A stretch of 30,649 nucleotides of DNA, from IMG/VR virus record IMGVR_UViG_3300016674_000080, positions 1 through 30,649 of that record. The stretch is one strand, 5' to 3'. The DNA is from a virus. Lineage: Duplodnaviria; Caudoviricetes. Of this stretch, positions 1 through 8,771 are shown one piece after another (positions within the stretch are counted from its first letter, which is position 1; every line of letters begins with the position of its first letter). The notes below the pieces were generated by a model. The model was not told where the DNA came from. It saw only the letters and a list, made by a program, of their open reading frames with translations, and did no database searches. The position numbers and the translations under genes were made by a program.

Positions 1-854
1 TGCTTGATGTCGCCGAGCGCTTCCATGGCCGGGCTGTTGCCGTAAATGACGCCGCCGATTACGGCCCAGCGCGGGCACAAGGCCGGAAATTCCTTGAAGC
101 CGGACTCGCGCAGGATCTGGTCTTCGCTGCCGCCCTGCTCGAAATAGACCGACTTCCACGCCATGTTGCGGTCGTCGCGCTTGGTAAGATCGCGGTCGGC
201 GCGGGGCTCGATGGCCTGCATGATCGTGACCCATTGTTCCAGGGCGCCACGGTCGAACATGTTTTGCACCGTGGGGCTGCAATTCTCGCGGCCGAACTCG
301 CGCACCATTTGCGCCGTGGTCATTTGAAATTGCCGGTACAGGGTGTTGATCTGGCCCCGGCTGTTCGCGGCGAGGGCGTATTCGCCAGCGGTCAGGGTGT
401 AGTGGTGGATGACGGTATCGAAGTCGGCCAGCACGATGCTGCTGGCAGTGCCGAAGGCGCCCAATTCCTCGTACATCGAATGCAGGGCGCGGTAGGTGTT
501 GGACTTGGCGAACACCATTTGCATGAGGCGGGTCACGTCGGCCAGCCACGCCTTGACGGCGGCCGACTCGTCCAACTGCGGGTCGGACGTGGTGAGGCGG
601 AACCAGGGCCGGGCCGGGCTGGTCATGCCGGCCATCATGCCGGCAGCAAGCACGCGCAGCGCGCGGGTGCCGGTGCTGTCGTAAATGTTGTTATGCCGCT
701 TCTCGCCCCGGTTGCGGTCGTCGGTGAAGAACCGGCCCGAGCGCGGTAGCAGGTAGTCGCTGATTTCCTTCCAGTGCGCCACCCAACTGGCGCGCTCACT
801 GTGCAACTGACCCCAGCGCGAAAGCAGCAATTTGCGCTTGGACACGTCGGCCAT
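1..854 (-). CDS. Portal (T7-like head-tail connector), runs off the window start
   Basis: Not in the ORF track. ATG at 854 reads MADVSKRKLLLSRWGQLHSERASWVAHWKEISDYLLPRSGRF...IYDSTGTRALRVLAAGMMAGMTSPARPWFRL, a typical podoviral connector N-terminus. Confidence 0.92.
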   Translation of the reverse strand, partial: MADVSKRKLLLSRWGQLHSERASWVAHWKEISDYLLPRSGRFFTDDRNRGEKRHNNIYDSTGTRALRVLAAGMMAGMTSPARPWFRLTTSDPQLDESAAVKAWLADVTRLMQMVFAKSNTYRALHSMYEELGAFGTASSIVLADFDTVIHHYTLTAGEYALAANSRGQINTLYRQFQMTTAQMVREFGRENCSPTVQNMFDRGALEQWVTIMQAIEPRADRDLTKRDDRNMAWKSVYFEQGGSEDQILRESGFKEFPALCPRWAVIGGVIYGNSPAMEALGDIK

Positions 855-856
855 GG

Positions 857-1171
857 TTAAGACCCCAGGAGCGTGTTCTTGCCGAGGTTCAGCATGTTGG
901 GATCAACGCCCTGCGGCCCGGTCAGCATCGTGCCCGAGGCCCCGGCCTTGCCGGACTGCGAGGCCGCGTCCAGGGCGGCGCCGGTATCGGCGCGCTTCTG
1001 GTTGGCGCGGTTGGTCGCCTCGTCGGCGGCCTTCTCCTGCTTCTTGGCGTTGGCTTCGGCCTGCTGGCTCGCCTTTTCGGCGGCCTTCTTCTGCTCTTGC
1101 CCGTTGTTGTAGGCAATGGCGGCGCCGGCAACTGCGGCGGCGGCCATGACTGCGGTAGCTCCACCCGACAT
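857..1171 (-). CDS. Small Ala-rich virion-associated protein
   Basis: 104 aa, hydrophobic N-terminus, Q/K/A-rich helix, C-terminal TMLTGPQGV...TLLGS. Directly upstream of portal; GGAG RBS. Confidence 0.7.
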   Translation of the reverse strand: MSGGATAVMAAAAVAGAAIAYNNGQEQKKAAEKASQQAEANAKKQEKAADEATNRANQKRADTGAALDAASQSGKAGASGTMLTGPQGVDPNMLNLGKNTLLGS

Positions 1172-1173
1172 GA

Positions 1174-1635
1174 TTACTCTCCTGTGATGTTGATGCGATT
1201 CACGGCGCCCGGCTTGCGTGAAAAAAGCAGGTGCGCCTCGTCGGTAAATTCGGCCTCGGCCTCGGCCACGGTCTTGGCCTGGGTGGCGAACACCATGGTC
1301 AAGCGCGTGTCGGCGTGGGCGAGGAACGCCTGGCGGCGGTGCGCGCTGGCAGCGAGCACGTGGTAGCCCATCAGCGTGACGGCGTCATCGCCGGCATTGA
1401 CCGTTGCGTTGCCGTCGAATACCAGCAGCGTGGGCACGCGGATGAACACCCCCGTGAGCACCACGCCGGCCGGAATGCAGATCGTTCGTGCGTACATGCC
1501 GCCGTGCAGCACGTGCTCGGTGGCAATCTCGACCTGCGGCAGGTCGCGCGTGATGGCTTCCAGTTCGCGCACCTTGTCGATGGCCTGGGCCGTCATGGCA
1601 GGGATGTGGCTCTCGGCCGCCACGAGCCTGGTCAC
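1174..1635 (-). CDS. Conserved phage protein, cupin-like beta-barrel
   Basis: 153 aa; HVLHGGMYARTICIPAGVVLTG motif. GTG start overlaps the GNAT stop. Confidence 0.65.
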   Translation of the reverse strand: MTRLVAAESHIPAMTAQAIDKVRELEAITRDLPQVEIATEHVLHGGMYARTICIPAGVVLTGVFIRVPTLLVFDGNATVNAGDDAVTLMGYHVLAASAHRRQAFLAHADTRLTMVFATQAKTVAEAEAEFTDEAHLLFSRKPGAVNRINITGE

Positions 1636-2093
1636 AGCAGCCCCCGGAAGAAAACGCGGTTGGTTTCGTGGTAGCCCACATGCGGCAGCAGGCGCTCAAG
1701 GCGCCCGCCAGTCGGCGCAGTCACGTACAGGCCACCGGCCCCGGCGTTGGCGGCGACTTCCTCGGCCGCGCGCAGCAGCTTCATGCCGGCGCCGCCTGCA
1801 CGGTGCGCCTCGGCCACAAACAGGGTTTCAGTCGAGGCGATGACCTTGCCGCCGAAGTGCAGCACGGGCGTGATGAGCACGGCGCACAGGCCGACCAGTT
1901 CCTCGGCGACGAACACGCCAAGGGGGTGCATCAGGCCGGCGCCGACCATGCGGGCATAGCCTTCGCGGTCGGGTAGCGCGCCCATCATGTCGGGATTGCG
2001 CAACGATTCCGCCCGGTATTCGTCGCACAGGGCAGCGAACACGGGCGAGTCGAAGGCTTCGTCGACGGTGATGGTGCGGATGGTGGGTTCCAT
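1632..2093 (-). CDS. GNAT-family acetyltransferase
   Basis: Likely start MEPTIRTIT (ATG 2093). Acetyl-CoA motif A: LFVAEAHRAGGAGMKLLRAAE; C-terminal LLPHVGYHE. Confidence 0.85.
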   Translation of the reverse strand: MEPTIRTITVDEAFDSPVFAALCDEYRAESLRNPDMMGALPDREGYARMVGAGLMHPLGVFVAEELVGLCAVLITPVLHFGGKVIASTETLFVAEAHRAGGAGMKLLRAAEEVAANAGAGGLYVTAPTGGRLERLLPHVGYHETNRVFFRGLL

Positions 2094-2099
2094 GCGCGC

Positions 2100-2130
2100 A
2101 GCGTATGGGCCGTTTCGCGCGGTACGTGCA
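2100..2130 (-). promoter_or_regulatory. Putative late promoter upstream of the GNAT-portal operon
   Basis: Minus strand TGCACGT-N18-TACGCT-N6-ATG; same motif and spacing at 4379-4409 and 25032-25062. Confidence 0.65.
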
Positions 2131-2140
2131 TCCGGTAAAA

Positions 2141-2161
2141 TGCAACTTGCAACTTGCAACC
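2141..2161 (+). repeat. Three tandem 7-bp repeats TGCAACT/TGCAACT/TGCAACC
   Basis: Read directly; follows a TAAAAT -10-like box (2136-2141) ahead of the lipoprotein gene. Confidence 0.8.
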
Positions 2162-2179
2162 GATAACGGGGAGACAACG

Positions 2180-2422
2180 ATGAAGAAAACCGCTTTGATT
2201 GCCGCGCTTGGAGTGCTGGCTGCAGGTTGCGCAACGACGCCGCGCCCGCCGTTCATCGTCGAGGGCACCGAGACTGCGGTGTCCGTGAATTGGGCGCATT
2301 CGCCGCGTGGCACCACGGGCGCCCTGGAAGCTGCCGAGGCGCATTGTGCGAAGCACGGCCGCCACGCGCAGTTCGCCGGCAAAGTGACCGACTTCGAACT
2401 GGCCTACAACTGCGTCAAGTAG
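2180..2422 (+). CDS. Small lipoprotein (moron), candidate superinfection exclusion factor
   Basis: MKKTALIAALGVLAAGC signal peptide II with lipobox; GGGGAG RBS; two further Cys; antisense to the flanking late genes. Confidence 0.8.
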   Translation: MKKTALIAALGVLAAGCATTPRPPFIVEGTETAVSVNWAHSPRGTTGALEAAEAHCAKHGRHAQFAGKVTDFELAYNCVK

Positions 2423-3938
2423 CGTAAGGGTCGTACTCCCCACGGCGGCGCCGTTGGCCCAGGGCCTCGACCGTCGCACGCTTCGGGGTGTCCATGAGCG
2501 CCAGCACGTAGGCGCTGCCATAGTCGGGCGAACGCCCGATTTTTTCCATGATCTGCTCGCGGCTCGCCACGTAGATGGTCGAGCCCGACAATTCCCACGT
2601 GTATGCCGTGAGGTCGGCCAGCAGTTGCGGGTCGGGCGGCAGCGCGATGCCCGTGTTGTTGGTCGGGTCGAGCGCTTCGCGCATGCGCCACACCAACTCG
2701 CTGCGCAGGTTCTTGAAGCGCAGCCGGCCGGACTTGTCGGTGCCGGTGGCGGACTCGGCGACATTGACGCCGACGACCTGCTGCCCGGCCTCGTTGAGGA
2801 AGTCGTAGGGCGCCGAGCCCACGCCGATGACGTCGATATGCACCACCGCGTCGTCGCGCTTGGCGGCTATGGTGAGCCCGGCCACGGTCGGCCCGTCGGG
2901 CGTGGCGCTGCCCGGATAGACCAGGGGCACGTCGAACCACATGCCGTGGCGCCGGGCCAGGATGGTGTTGTCGCGGCCGCCGCGCGCGACATCGACGCCC
3001 AGCGAATCCATGGGCGCCAGCTTGTCGGGTCGCTTCCACCGGGCCTGGGCTGCTTCCACCCACGCGGTCGGAATGACCTGCCAGGGGTCGTCCTCGATGC
3101 CCGCCTGGAAGTCGCCGTAGAGCATTTGCGAGCGCAGCGGCTCGGGTAGGGATTGCAGGGTTGCCATGTAGCCGGTTCCCATCAGGTAGGGGTTGTCGCT
3201 GACACGCGAAGGAATGAACGTGCGGCTCATCGGCTTGATGAGGTCGGCGCCGTGCTGGAAGGGCTCACCGCTGGGCACCTCGACTTCCTCGCCGTCGATC
3301 ATGGCGAACCACCGCAACTCGCCGGGCTTGGCCGGGTTCGGGTGCTTCTTGTCGAGCCAAGGCGCGAAGAAGGCCGTGATCCACCGGCCCTCGGCCGTCG
3401 TCGGCGGGTTGAAGGTCATGAGCGCCTGGCAGCGCTGCGATGGATCAACCGACCGCAACCAGCCCAGCAGTGCGCGCACCTGGGCTTCCAGGAAGTTGGC
3501 CGCCTCGTCGAACACGAGCAGGTCGTGGGGGCGGCCCTGGTACTTGTTCCAGTCGTCAAGGTTCGGCGTCGACCCGAACTCGACCTGCTGGCCGGGCAGG
3601 CGCCAAATGCGCTCGGCCCCGTTGTAGCCGTCGCGGCTGCCGATGAGTTCGGTAAATCGGTCGATGATGCCGGTTAGCTGGGTGGCCTCACGGCGCAGCA
3701 CGAGCACCTTCTGGTGCTGGGTCAGCGCTTTGCCACATGCAAGGTCGGTTTTGCCGCCACCGGCCGCGCCGCCGTAGCCGATGATGTCGGCGTCGGAGTA
3801 GTAGGCCATGGACTGCGGGCCAGGCAGCGGGCGCCACACGGTCGGGTCGCTGCTGATGAGCGCGTCGAGGTCGGCCAGTTCCTCGGGGGTCAGGTAGGCC
3901 AGTAGGTCGGGGTCAAACGAGGTCGGAGACATCGCCAT
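2415..3938 (-). CDS. terL: Terminase large subunit
   Basis: Walker A GGAAGGGKT, Walker B LVFDEA, TFNP coupling motif, RNase H-like GVDVARGG and SPDYG. Exact start uncertain (3938 or 3932). Confidence 0.93.
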   Translation of the reverse strand: MAMSPTSFDPDLLAYLTPEELADLDALISSDPTVWRPLPGPQSMAYYSDADIIGYGGAAGGGKTDLACGKALTQHQKVLVLRREATQLTGIIDRFTELIGSRDGYNGAERIWRLPGQQVEFGSTPNLDDWNKYQGRPHDLLVFDEAANFLEAQVRALLGWLRSVDPSQRCQALMTFNPPTTAEGRWITAFFAPWLDKKHPNPAKPGELRWFAMIDGEEVEVPSGEPFQHGADLIKPMSRTFIPSRVSDNPYLMGTGYMATLQSLPEPLRSQMLYGDFQAGIEDDPWQVIPTAWVEAAQARWKRPDKLAPMDSLGVDVARGGRDNTILARRHGMWFDVPLVYPGSATPDGPTVAGLTIAAKRDDAVVHIDVIGVGSAPYDFLNEAGQQVVGVNVAESATGTDKSGRLRFKNLRSELVWRMREALDPTNNTGIALPPDPQLLADLTAYTWELSGSTIYVASREQIMEKIGRSPDYGSAYVLALMDTPKRATVEALGQRRRRGEYDPYAT

Positions 3939-4371
3939 CCTTGCGGGCCTTGGCGGCGGCGAGAATGGCGGCGATCTTGGCGGCCCGTTCGGTGTCGCTG
4001 ATCTGCACCGGCCCGCCGTTGGCCCCGGTCAGTTCCATGCTGGTCTTTTCGCGGTACTTGTCCGGCGCGTGGGCCTTGAGCAGGAAGATGGCGAGGGTGT
4101 CGCTGTACTTGCGCACGCTGCCGCACTCGTCGCCCTTGTAGAAAACCGGCTCGTCGGTGCCCTCGAACGCACGGCGGTGCGCTTCATCCTCAAGGGCCAG
4201 CAGGCCGGCCTTCATGGCACGTTCCCAGGCGAGGGCGAAGTCGGGGTCGGCCTCGCGCCAGTTGTAGGCGGTTTGCCGCGAAATGCCCACGGCAGCGCAC
4301 GCCCGGCCGACGTTGCAAGTCTCGGCCAGGGCTGCGCAAAACGCGGTGAGCTTTTCAGGTGTCAATTTCAT
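3913..4371 (-). CDS. terS: Terminase small subunit
   Basis: HTH (NVGRACAAVGISRQTAYNWR), LEDEAHRRAFEG, YSDTLAIFLLK; directly upstream of terL. Start MKLTPE at 4371 preferred over 4380. Confidence 0.85.
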   Translation of the reverse strand: MKLTPEKLTAFCAALAETCNVGRACAAVGISRQTAYNWREADPDFALAWERAMKAGLLALEDEAHRRAFEGTDEPVFYKGDECGSVRKYSDTLAIFLLKAHAPDKYREKTSMELTGANGGPVQISDTERAAKIAAILAAAKARKDGDVSDLV

Positions 4372-4378
4372 GGCGTCC

Positions 4379-4409
4379 ATTCCAGCCTATTCGCAATCCA
4401 GCACGTGCA
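4379..4409 (-). promoter_or_regulatory. Putative late promoter upstream of terS
   Basis: Minus strand TGCACGT-N18-TGGAAT-N7-ATG; overlaps the 3' end of the HTH gene. Confidence 0.55.
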
Positions 4410-4629
4410 CGTTCTTGAAGTTGGCCGGGGTTTGCGCTCGACGCTCATAGCGGCAAATCCGGCCGATGGCCCACTTGCTCACCTCGAACTTCTCGGCTAG
4501 GGCTTCGTAGCTCATGCCGTCCTCGTGCAGCGAGCGAATCCGCTCCACCTCGGCATCCGTCAGCTTGGCATTCGGGTGATCCTCACCGATCCGCAAACCG
4601 GCATCATTCACCGCCACGGTTTTCTGCAT
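4387..4629 (-). CDS. Small HTH DNA-binding protein, candidate late-gene activator
   Basis: MQKTVAVN...GEDHPNAKLTDAEVERIR...GMSYEALAEKFEVSKWAIGRI helix-turn-helix; GGGAGG RBS. Confidence 0.75.
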   Translation of the reverse strand: MQKTVAVNDAGLRIGEDHPNAKLTDAEVERIRSLHEDGMSYEALAEKFEVSKWAIGRICRYERRAQTPANFKNVHVLDCE

Positions 4630-4664
4630 GCGCCGCCCTCCCTTCAATCTGCAATTTTTTACTT

Positions 4665-4764
4665 GCGACGTTTGCGACGTTTTTCAGTGTTTTTTGACTA
4701 ACTTTTTCATGTACACGTATGAGGAATTTCCTTAAAAACCCCCTAGAAACGTCGCAAACGTCGC
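4665..4764. repeat. Perfect 18-bp inverted repeat flanking a 64-bp AT-rich core; putative replication origin
   Basis: GCGACGTTTGCGACGTTT (4665-4682) and AAACGTCGCAAACGTCGC (4747-4764), each made of two 9-mers; downstream of the primase-helicase. Confidence 0.75.
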
Positions 4765-4770
4765 GAATTT

Positions 4771-5286
4771 TCATTTGCTCGCCCTCGCTTCGGCCTCAAG
4801 CGTAAAAATTCGCGCCTTCAACACGTCAATTTCTGCAAGTAGCTTTTTGTTCGTTTCCTTCAACGTGCGATTTTCTACAGATATACGTTTCCCACTGCTG
4901 GCTTTGCTTTGCGGGTGCTCTATTGGGGTCAGGCGTACGTTCAGATCGGCGCCACCAGTTAGCTGCAATATCAGCACCCATTCACTTTCAGCCTGGTGCC
5001 GACCTTCACTTTGAGGCAGCCCGAAATTTCCCGTTTGCAACAGGAGCGCTACAGGAAAAACACCTTCCTGCTTCATTTCCTCAATCCATGCCGCCTTCGG
5101 GGTTCGTGCCACCGGCCGTGTTGAGTGGATGTGGTTGTACAGCCTGTACTCGATGCAGTCGCTAGACCCCACGTAGCGAATGACCATATCCCGAGGGTCG
5201 GCAAGTCCGTAAATTCCGGCTGTGCCTTTCAAACCCTTCCGGCGCCACCGGCCGTCAAATTCGCGCTGATAAATGATCTGCTTCAT
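4771..5286 (-). CDS. GIY-YIG nuclease-domain protein with C-terminal coiled coil
   Basis: GIYGLADPRDMVIRYVGSS...RLYNH motif; later AESEWV Glu and LN; more AT-rich than neighbours. Confidence 0.75.
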   Translation of the reverse strand: MKQIIYQREFDGRWRRKGLKGTAGIYGLADPRDMVIRYVGSSDCIEYRLYNHIHSTRPVARTPKAAWIEEMKQEGVFPVALLLQTGNFGLPQSEGRHQAESEWVLILQLTGGADLNVRLTPIEHPQSKASSGKRISVENRTLKETNKKLLAEIDVLKARIFTLEAEARASK

Positions 5287-7850
5287 TCGAAATCCCCGAC
5301 GACCCGCACGCGAATGCCAAGCAGGCCCCGCCCCCGAATTCCGTACTCATCCTTGAGCGGGCCGAACCCACGCGACGACAGGCGCCGGCCCAGGTTCTTG
5401 GAATTGGCGATGAACCGAAGCTCGCCGCGCGCCTTGGCGAAGGCTTCCCAACTGGCCCACAACCGGGCGTTGGTTTCCACGTGGCTGGGGCCGACCTCGC
5501 AGCACTCGTCCAGCCATTCGGCCAGCAAGTCCATGTCGCTCTTGTAGTCGTCGCGCGCCTTGCGCACGGCGCCCGGTGGCTGCAGGCCCGCCTTCTGGTA
5601 GGCCAGCGCGCCGCGCACGCACCAGGTCAAGATCCCGCGCGCCTCGGCCGCCAGCTTGGCCGCCCGGTCGGGGTCTTTGGTCAGCGTCAAGTCCTGGTCG
5701 AAGTTGCGCGTGAATGGCACGGGCAGCAGCCGGCGCCAGATGGCGTGGTCGTCGCCCTTCACGATGGGCCGGTGGTTGGTCGGCATGAAAGCCACCCACG
5801 TGGGCGCCACCTCGACCGTGGTCTTGGAATACAGGCCGCGCGCCGGCAGCGGCTCGCCCCCGGTCATGGACTTGATGAGGCCCTCGCGCAGTTCGCTGCC
5901 CTCGTCGGGCTCGCTGACATAGACGAACCGCGCGCCGCGCAAGCGCAGCACGTCCTCGCGCGCCGCCCCGGCGTTGCCACCGGCCGCGCCGCTACTCAAG
6001 AAGGTGTCGGCGCTTGCCATCTTGGCGTGCTCGCCCAGGGCGTCGCGGATGGCCCCCAGCACCGTGCTCTTGCCGTTCGAACCCGACCCGTAGGGAATGG
6101 CGAGCACGTCCTCGTCCGGCCGGCCCAGCAGCGAGTAGCCCACGAGGCGCTGAAAAAATCCGATCATGTCGGCGTCGCCGAAGAACACGTCGGCCACGGT
6201 CTGCTCGAACAGCGGACAGGTGGCGGCTGGGTCGTATTCGGTGGCCGTGATCGTGGTCACGCGGTACGCCTGGTCGGGCGGCAGCAGCTTGCCCGTGGTC
6301 AGGTCGACCACGCCATTGCCCACGCCCAAGAGGTGCGTCAGCTTGTCGAGGTCGGCCATGCCCACCACGACGCGCGGGTCGGACTGCGCCAGGCTCACCA
6401 TGTTGCGCACCATCACGGCCCGCTGGGAGATTGCGCAGAACTTGAAGAACTCGGCCCGCTCGGCGTCGCTCTCGATGGCCTTGGCCTCGTCGGGCAGCGC
6501 GCGGATGGTTTCCTTCGCCAGGTGCTCAAGCTCGACGCCGGCCGCGCGGCGCCAGTAGATGCCCGTCCACATGAACCAGCCGTCGATCTCGGGCACGTAC
6601 ATGAGGCCGTCGCCGTAGTGGTCGAGCATGCGCTCGGCGTTGCCGAATTCGGTCATTTGCCGGCGCTGCTTGCTGAATGCCACGACCTTGCGGCCGCCTG
6701 CCATGGCTGCGCGAACGTCGGCCACCGGCAGGCTGGTGTCGGTCAGTTCCTTGAAGCGCGCCCGAATGAGGCCGGCCAACTCGGCGCGCAGGGCCAGATC
6801 CGTGCCGGCCGCTTCGCCCGCCTTGCGCGCGACATCATTCACCAGGTCGATGGAGTCCTTGCAGGACAGAATCAGGCCCTTGGCATCATCCAGCGCGGTG
6901 CGCTTCTCGGCCTTCACCGCGTCGCGCTTGCCCTGGTTGCCCACCTTGAGCAGCCAGCGCGCCGTCGTCGGGTTGCGCCCCGAACGGCCGAACGATTCCC
7001 ACCGCTTCTCCAAGTCCTCGCGGCTGGCGTAGTTGCTGGCCGTGCTCGACCACTCGTCCCACAAATCCAGCGCGGTGCCGTCGCCGTCGAACTCGTGGTG
7101 CAGCGACATGCCGACTTTCAGCCAGGTGTCGTAGTCCTCGTTATCGACATAGGCCACCAGGCGCCGGGCCTCGCTCAAGTCGATGCCGACCGGGGGCTCG
7201 AAGGCCATCAGCGGGTCGTCGTCCGGTGCCGAGGTCATGCCCCCGGCCTTCGCCCGGCTGCCCGACACGCGCACGAGCCCGGCTTCCTCGGCCATGGCCT
7301 CGAACACCTGCAGCGCTTCCTCGACCTGGGCCTCGGTGATCGTGGGCAGGTCGCCCGCGCGCATCGCTTCCAGGCCGCCGAAGAAATCCACCCACTCGTA
7401 GGGCTCGCCCGTGTCCGGGTGGATATGGTAGGCCACGAACTGCTGGCCCTTGCCCAGGATTTCCAGCCGGTGCCGCGCGCCGCCCAAGTCCTCGAACCAG
7501 GCGCCAGTGGCCTTGCCCCAGCCCTCGGCCTCGGCCCGGTAGGCGAGCAGAATCTTGGGCGCGTTGCCCACGCGCTCGCACGTCGCGCCGAGGTGTTCCT
7601 GGCACCAGGCCACGAACCGCGCAGCCAGCGCGCCGTCCGTGGTATCCACGTCGATGGCGGCCACCGGCTGCGCGCCTTGCCCGCACAGCACGCCGACGCC
7701 GTGGTTCGGGTAGCGGGTCAGGTCAGCGGCGCCGAGGCGCGCGGTTTGCCAGTTGTCCAGCGCGGGCCGCTTGTGGCCCGGCTTGATTGGAATGATGAGG
7801 TAGCCGTTGCCCAGCAGGGCGCGGCCGTACTGCTGAAAGTTGGAACTCAC
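5283..7850 (-). CDS. Prim-Pol / PriCT-2 / D5-type (P4-like) SF3 primase-helicase
   Basis: GTG start at 7850 with AGGAGG RBS. AEP motif AIDVD; PriCT-2 YDTWLKVGMSLHHE; D5_N TEFGNAERM; Walker A GSGSNGKST; IWRRL Arg finger. Confidence 0.93.
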   Translation of the reverse strand: MSSNFQQYGRALLGNGYLIIPIKPGHKRPALDNWQTARLGAADLTRYPNHGVGVLCGQGAQPVAAIDVDTTDGALAARFVAWCQEHLGATCERVGNAPKILLAYRAEAEGWGKATGAWFEDLGGARHRLEILGKGQQFVAYHIHPDTGEPYEWVDFFGGLEAMRAGDLPTITEAQVEEALQVFEAMAEEAGLVRVSGSRAKAGGMTSAPDDDPLMAFEPPVGIDLSEARRLVAYVDNEDYDTWLKVGMSLHHEFDGDGTALDLWDEWSSTASNYASREDLEKRWESFGRSGRNPTTARWLLKVGNQGKRDAVKAEKRTALDDAKGLILSCKDSIDLVNDVARKAGEAAGTDLALRAELAGLIRARFKELTDTSLPVADVRAAMAGGRKVVAFSKQRRQMTEFGNAERMLDHYGDGLMYVPEIDGWFMWTGIYWRRAAGVELEHLAKETIRALPDEAKAIESDAERAEFFKFCAISQRAVMVRNMVSLAQSDPRVVVGMADLDKLTHLLGVGNGVVDLTTGKLLPPDQAYRVTTITATEYDPAATCPLFEQTVADVFFGDADMIGFFQRLVGYSLLGRPDEDVLAIPYGSGSNGKSTVLGAIRDALGEHAKMASADTFLSSGAAGGNAGAAREDVLRLRGARFVYVSEPDEGSELREGLIKSMTGGEPLPARGLYSKTTVEVAPTWVAFMPTNHRPIVKGDDHAIWRRLLPVPFTRNFDQDLTLTKDPDRAAKLAAEARGILTWCVRGALAYQKAGLQPPGAVRKARDDYKSDMDLLAEWLDECCEVGPSHVETNARLWASWEAFAKARGELRFIANSKNLGRRLSSRGFGPLKDEYGIRGRGLLGIRVRVVGDFE

Positions 7851-8761
7851 GCGGCCTCCTTGATTGTTTTGATTAGGTCGCAGGCCACCACGGGCGACAC
7901 AGCGTTGCCCAGCAGGTGCCACGCCAGTGCCTCGTTCGCCGGCAGTTTGTAGTCGGCGGGGAAACCCATCAGGTCGCGCCCTTCGATGGCGCGCACCATC
8001 CGCATCCTTTCGCCGTCAATCACGGCCCAACGGGCGCGAGTTGTCAGCGTGCCGATGGGGCGCGCCAGGCTGCGGCCGGTTTCCCCACTGCCGCTTCCGT
8101 AGTACGGCGCAAGAAAGCGGTCACCGTGCTGCCGGCGCCCAGCCGCGATTCGTGCCAGCGTGCGAGCGCTGCGGCCCGGTCGGTTGATCTGTGACCAGCG
8201 CCCGGCGTCGAGGTCGATAACATTGGACGCCGACACGTGCTCGCGCTTCGGCAAGCGCAGTTCAATCGGGTGCCGAGAGCGCGTAGCCACCAGGAAAAGG
8301 CGGCGCCGATGTTGCGGCACCCCATGGTCGGCCGCGTCCAATACCAGCGGCGCCAAAGCGTAGCCAAGGGCCTGCATCGCCGCGCACCAGGCTGGATAAA
8401 GCGCCCAGGAAGTGAAGGCTGGCACGTTCTCGACGACAACCACGGGCGGCCGGTGCACTTCCGCGCATGTGACGACGGCCCAGGCGGTAGCGCGCTGGGC
8501 GTCGTGGTGCGGCCGCTCCTTGCCGCGCGCCGGGGTGTGACCCTGGCAAGCCGGCGACGCCAGCAGGATGTCGTGCGCAGCCACCGCCGTGAAATCGGCT
8601 TGCTGCAAGTCCTGGCACGCATGCTCGGTGCTGGGATGGTTTGCCGTGTGCCACTCCACCGCTGCCGGCCAATGGTTTGCAGCCCACACCACGCGGCAGC
8701 CAGCCATTACCGCGCCGGTCGAGAAGCCGCCAGCGCCCGCAAATAGATCAATGACATTCAT
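7847..8761 (-). CDS. C5-cytosine DNA methyltransferase (orphan)
   Basis: Motif I DLFAGAGG, IV SPACQG, VI VVENV, VIII QHRRRLF, IX-X LMGFP...LGNAV. Confidence 0.92.
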   Translation of the reverse strand: MNVIDLFAGAGGFSTGAVMAGCRVVWAANHWPAAVEWHTANHPSTEHACQDLQQADFTAVAAHDILLASPACQGHTPARGKERPHHDAQRATAWAVVTCAEVHRPPVVVVENVPAFTSWALYPAWCAAMQALGYALAPLVLDAADHGVPQHRRRLFLVATRSRHPIELRLPKREHVSASNVIDLDAGRWSQINRPGRSARTLARIAAGRRQHGDRFLAPYYGSGSGETGRSLARPIGTLTTRARWAVIDGERMRMVRAIEGRDLMGFPADYKLPANEALAWHLLGNAVSPVVACDLIKTIKEAA

Positions 8762-8771
8762 CGCGCGCCCC

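Noticed and set aside
1632-2422. GNAT toxin-antitoxin module
   Set aside because: No adjacent RHH or HTH antitoxin; the neighbours are a lipoprotein and a cupin-like gene in a late operon.
5481-7952. Long antisense ORFs (823 aa here; also 13570-15498, 11769-13031, 16995-18356, 19166-20248, 27088-28380, 28951-30390)
   Set aside because: Shadow frames of GC-rich genes with clear motifs on the opposite strand; no recognisable domains.
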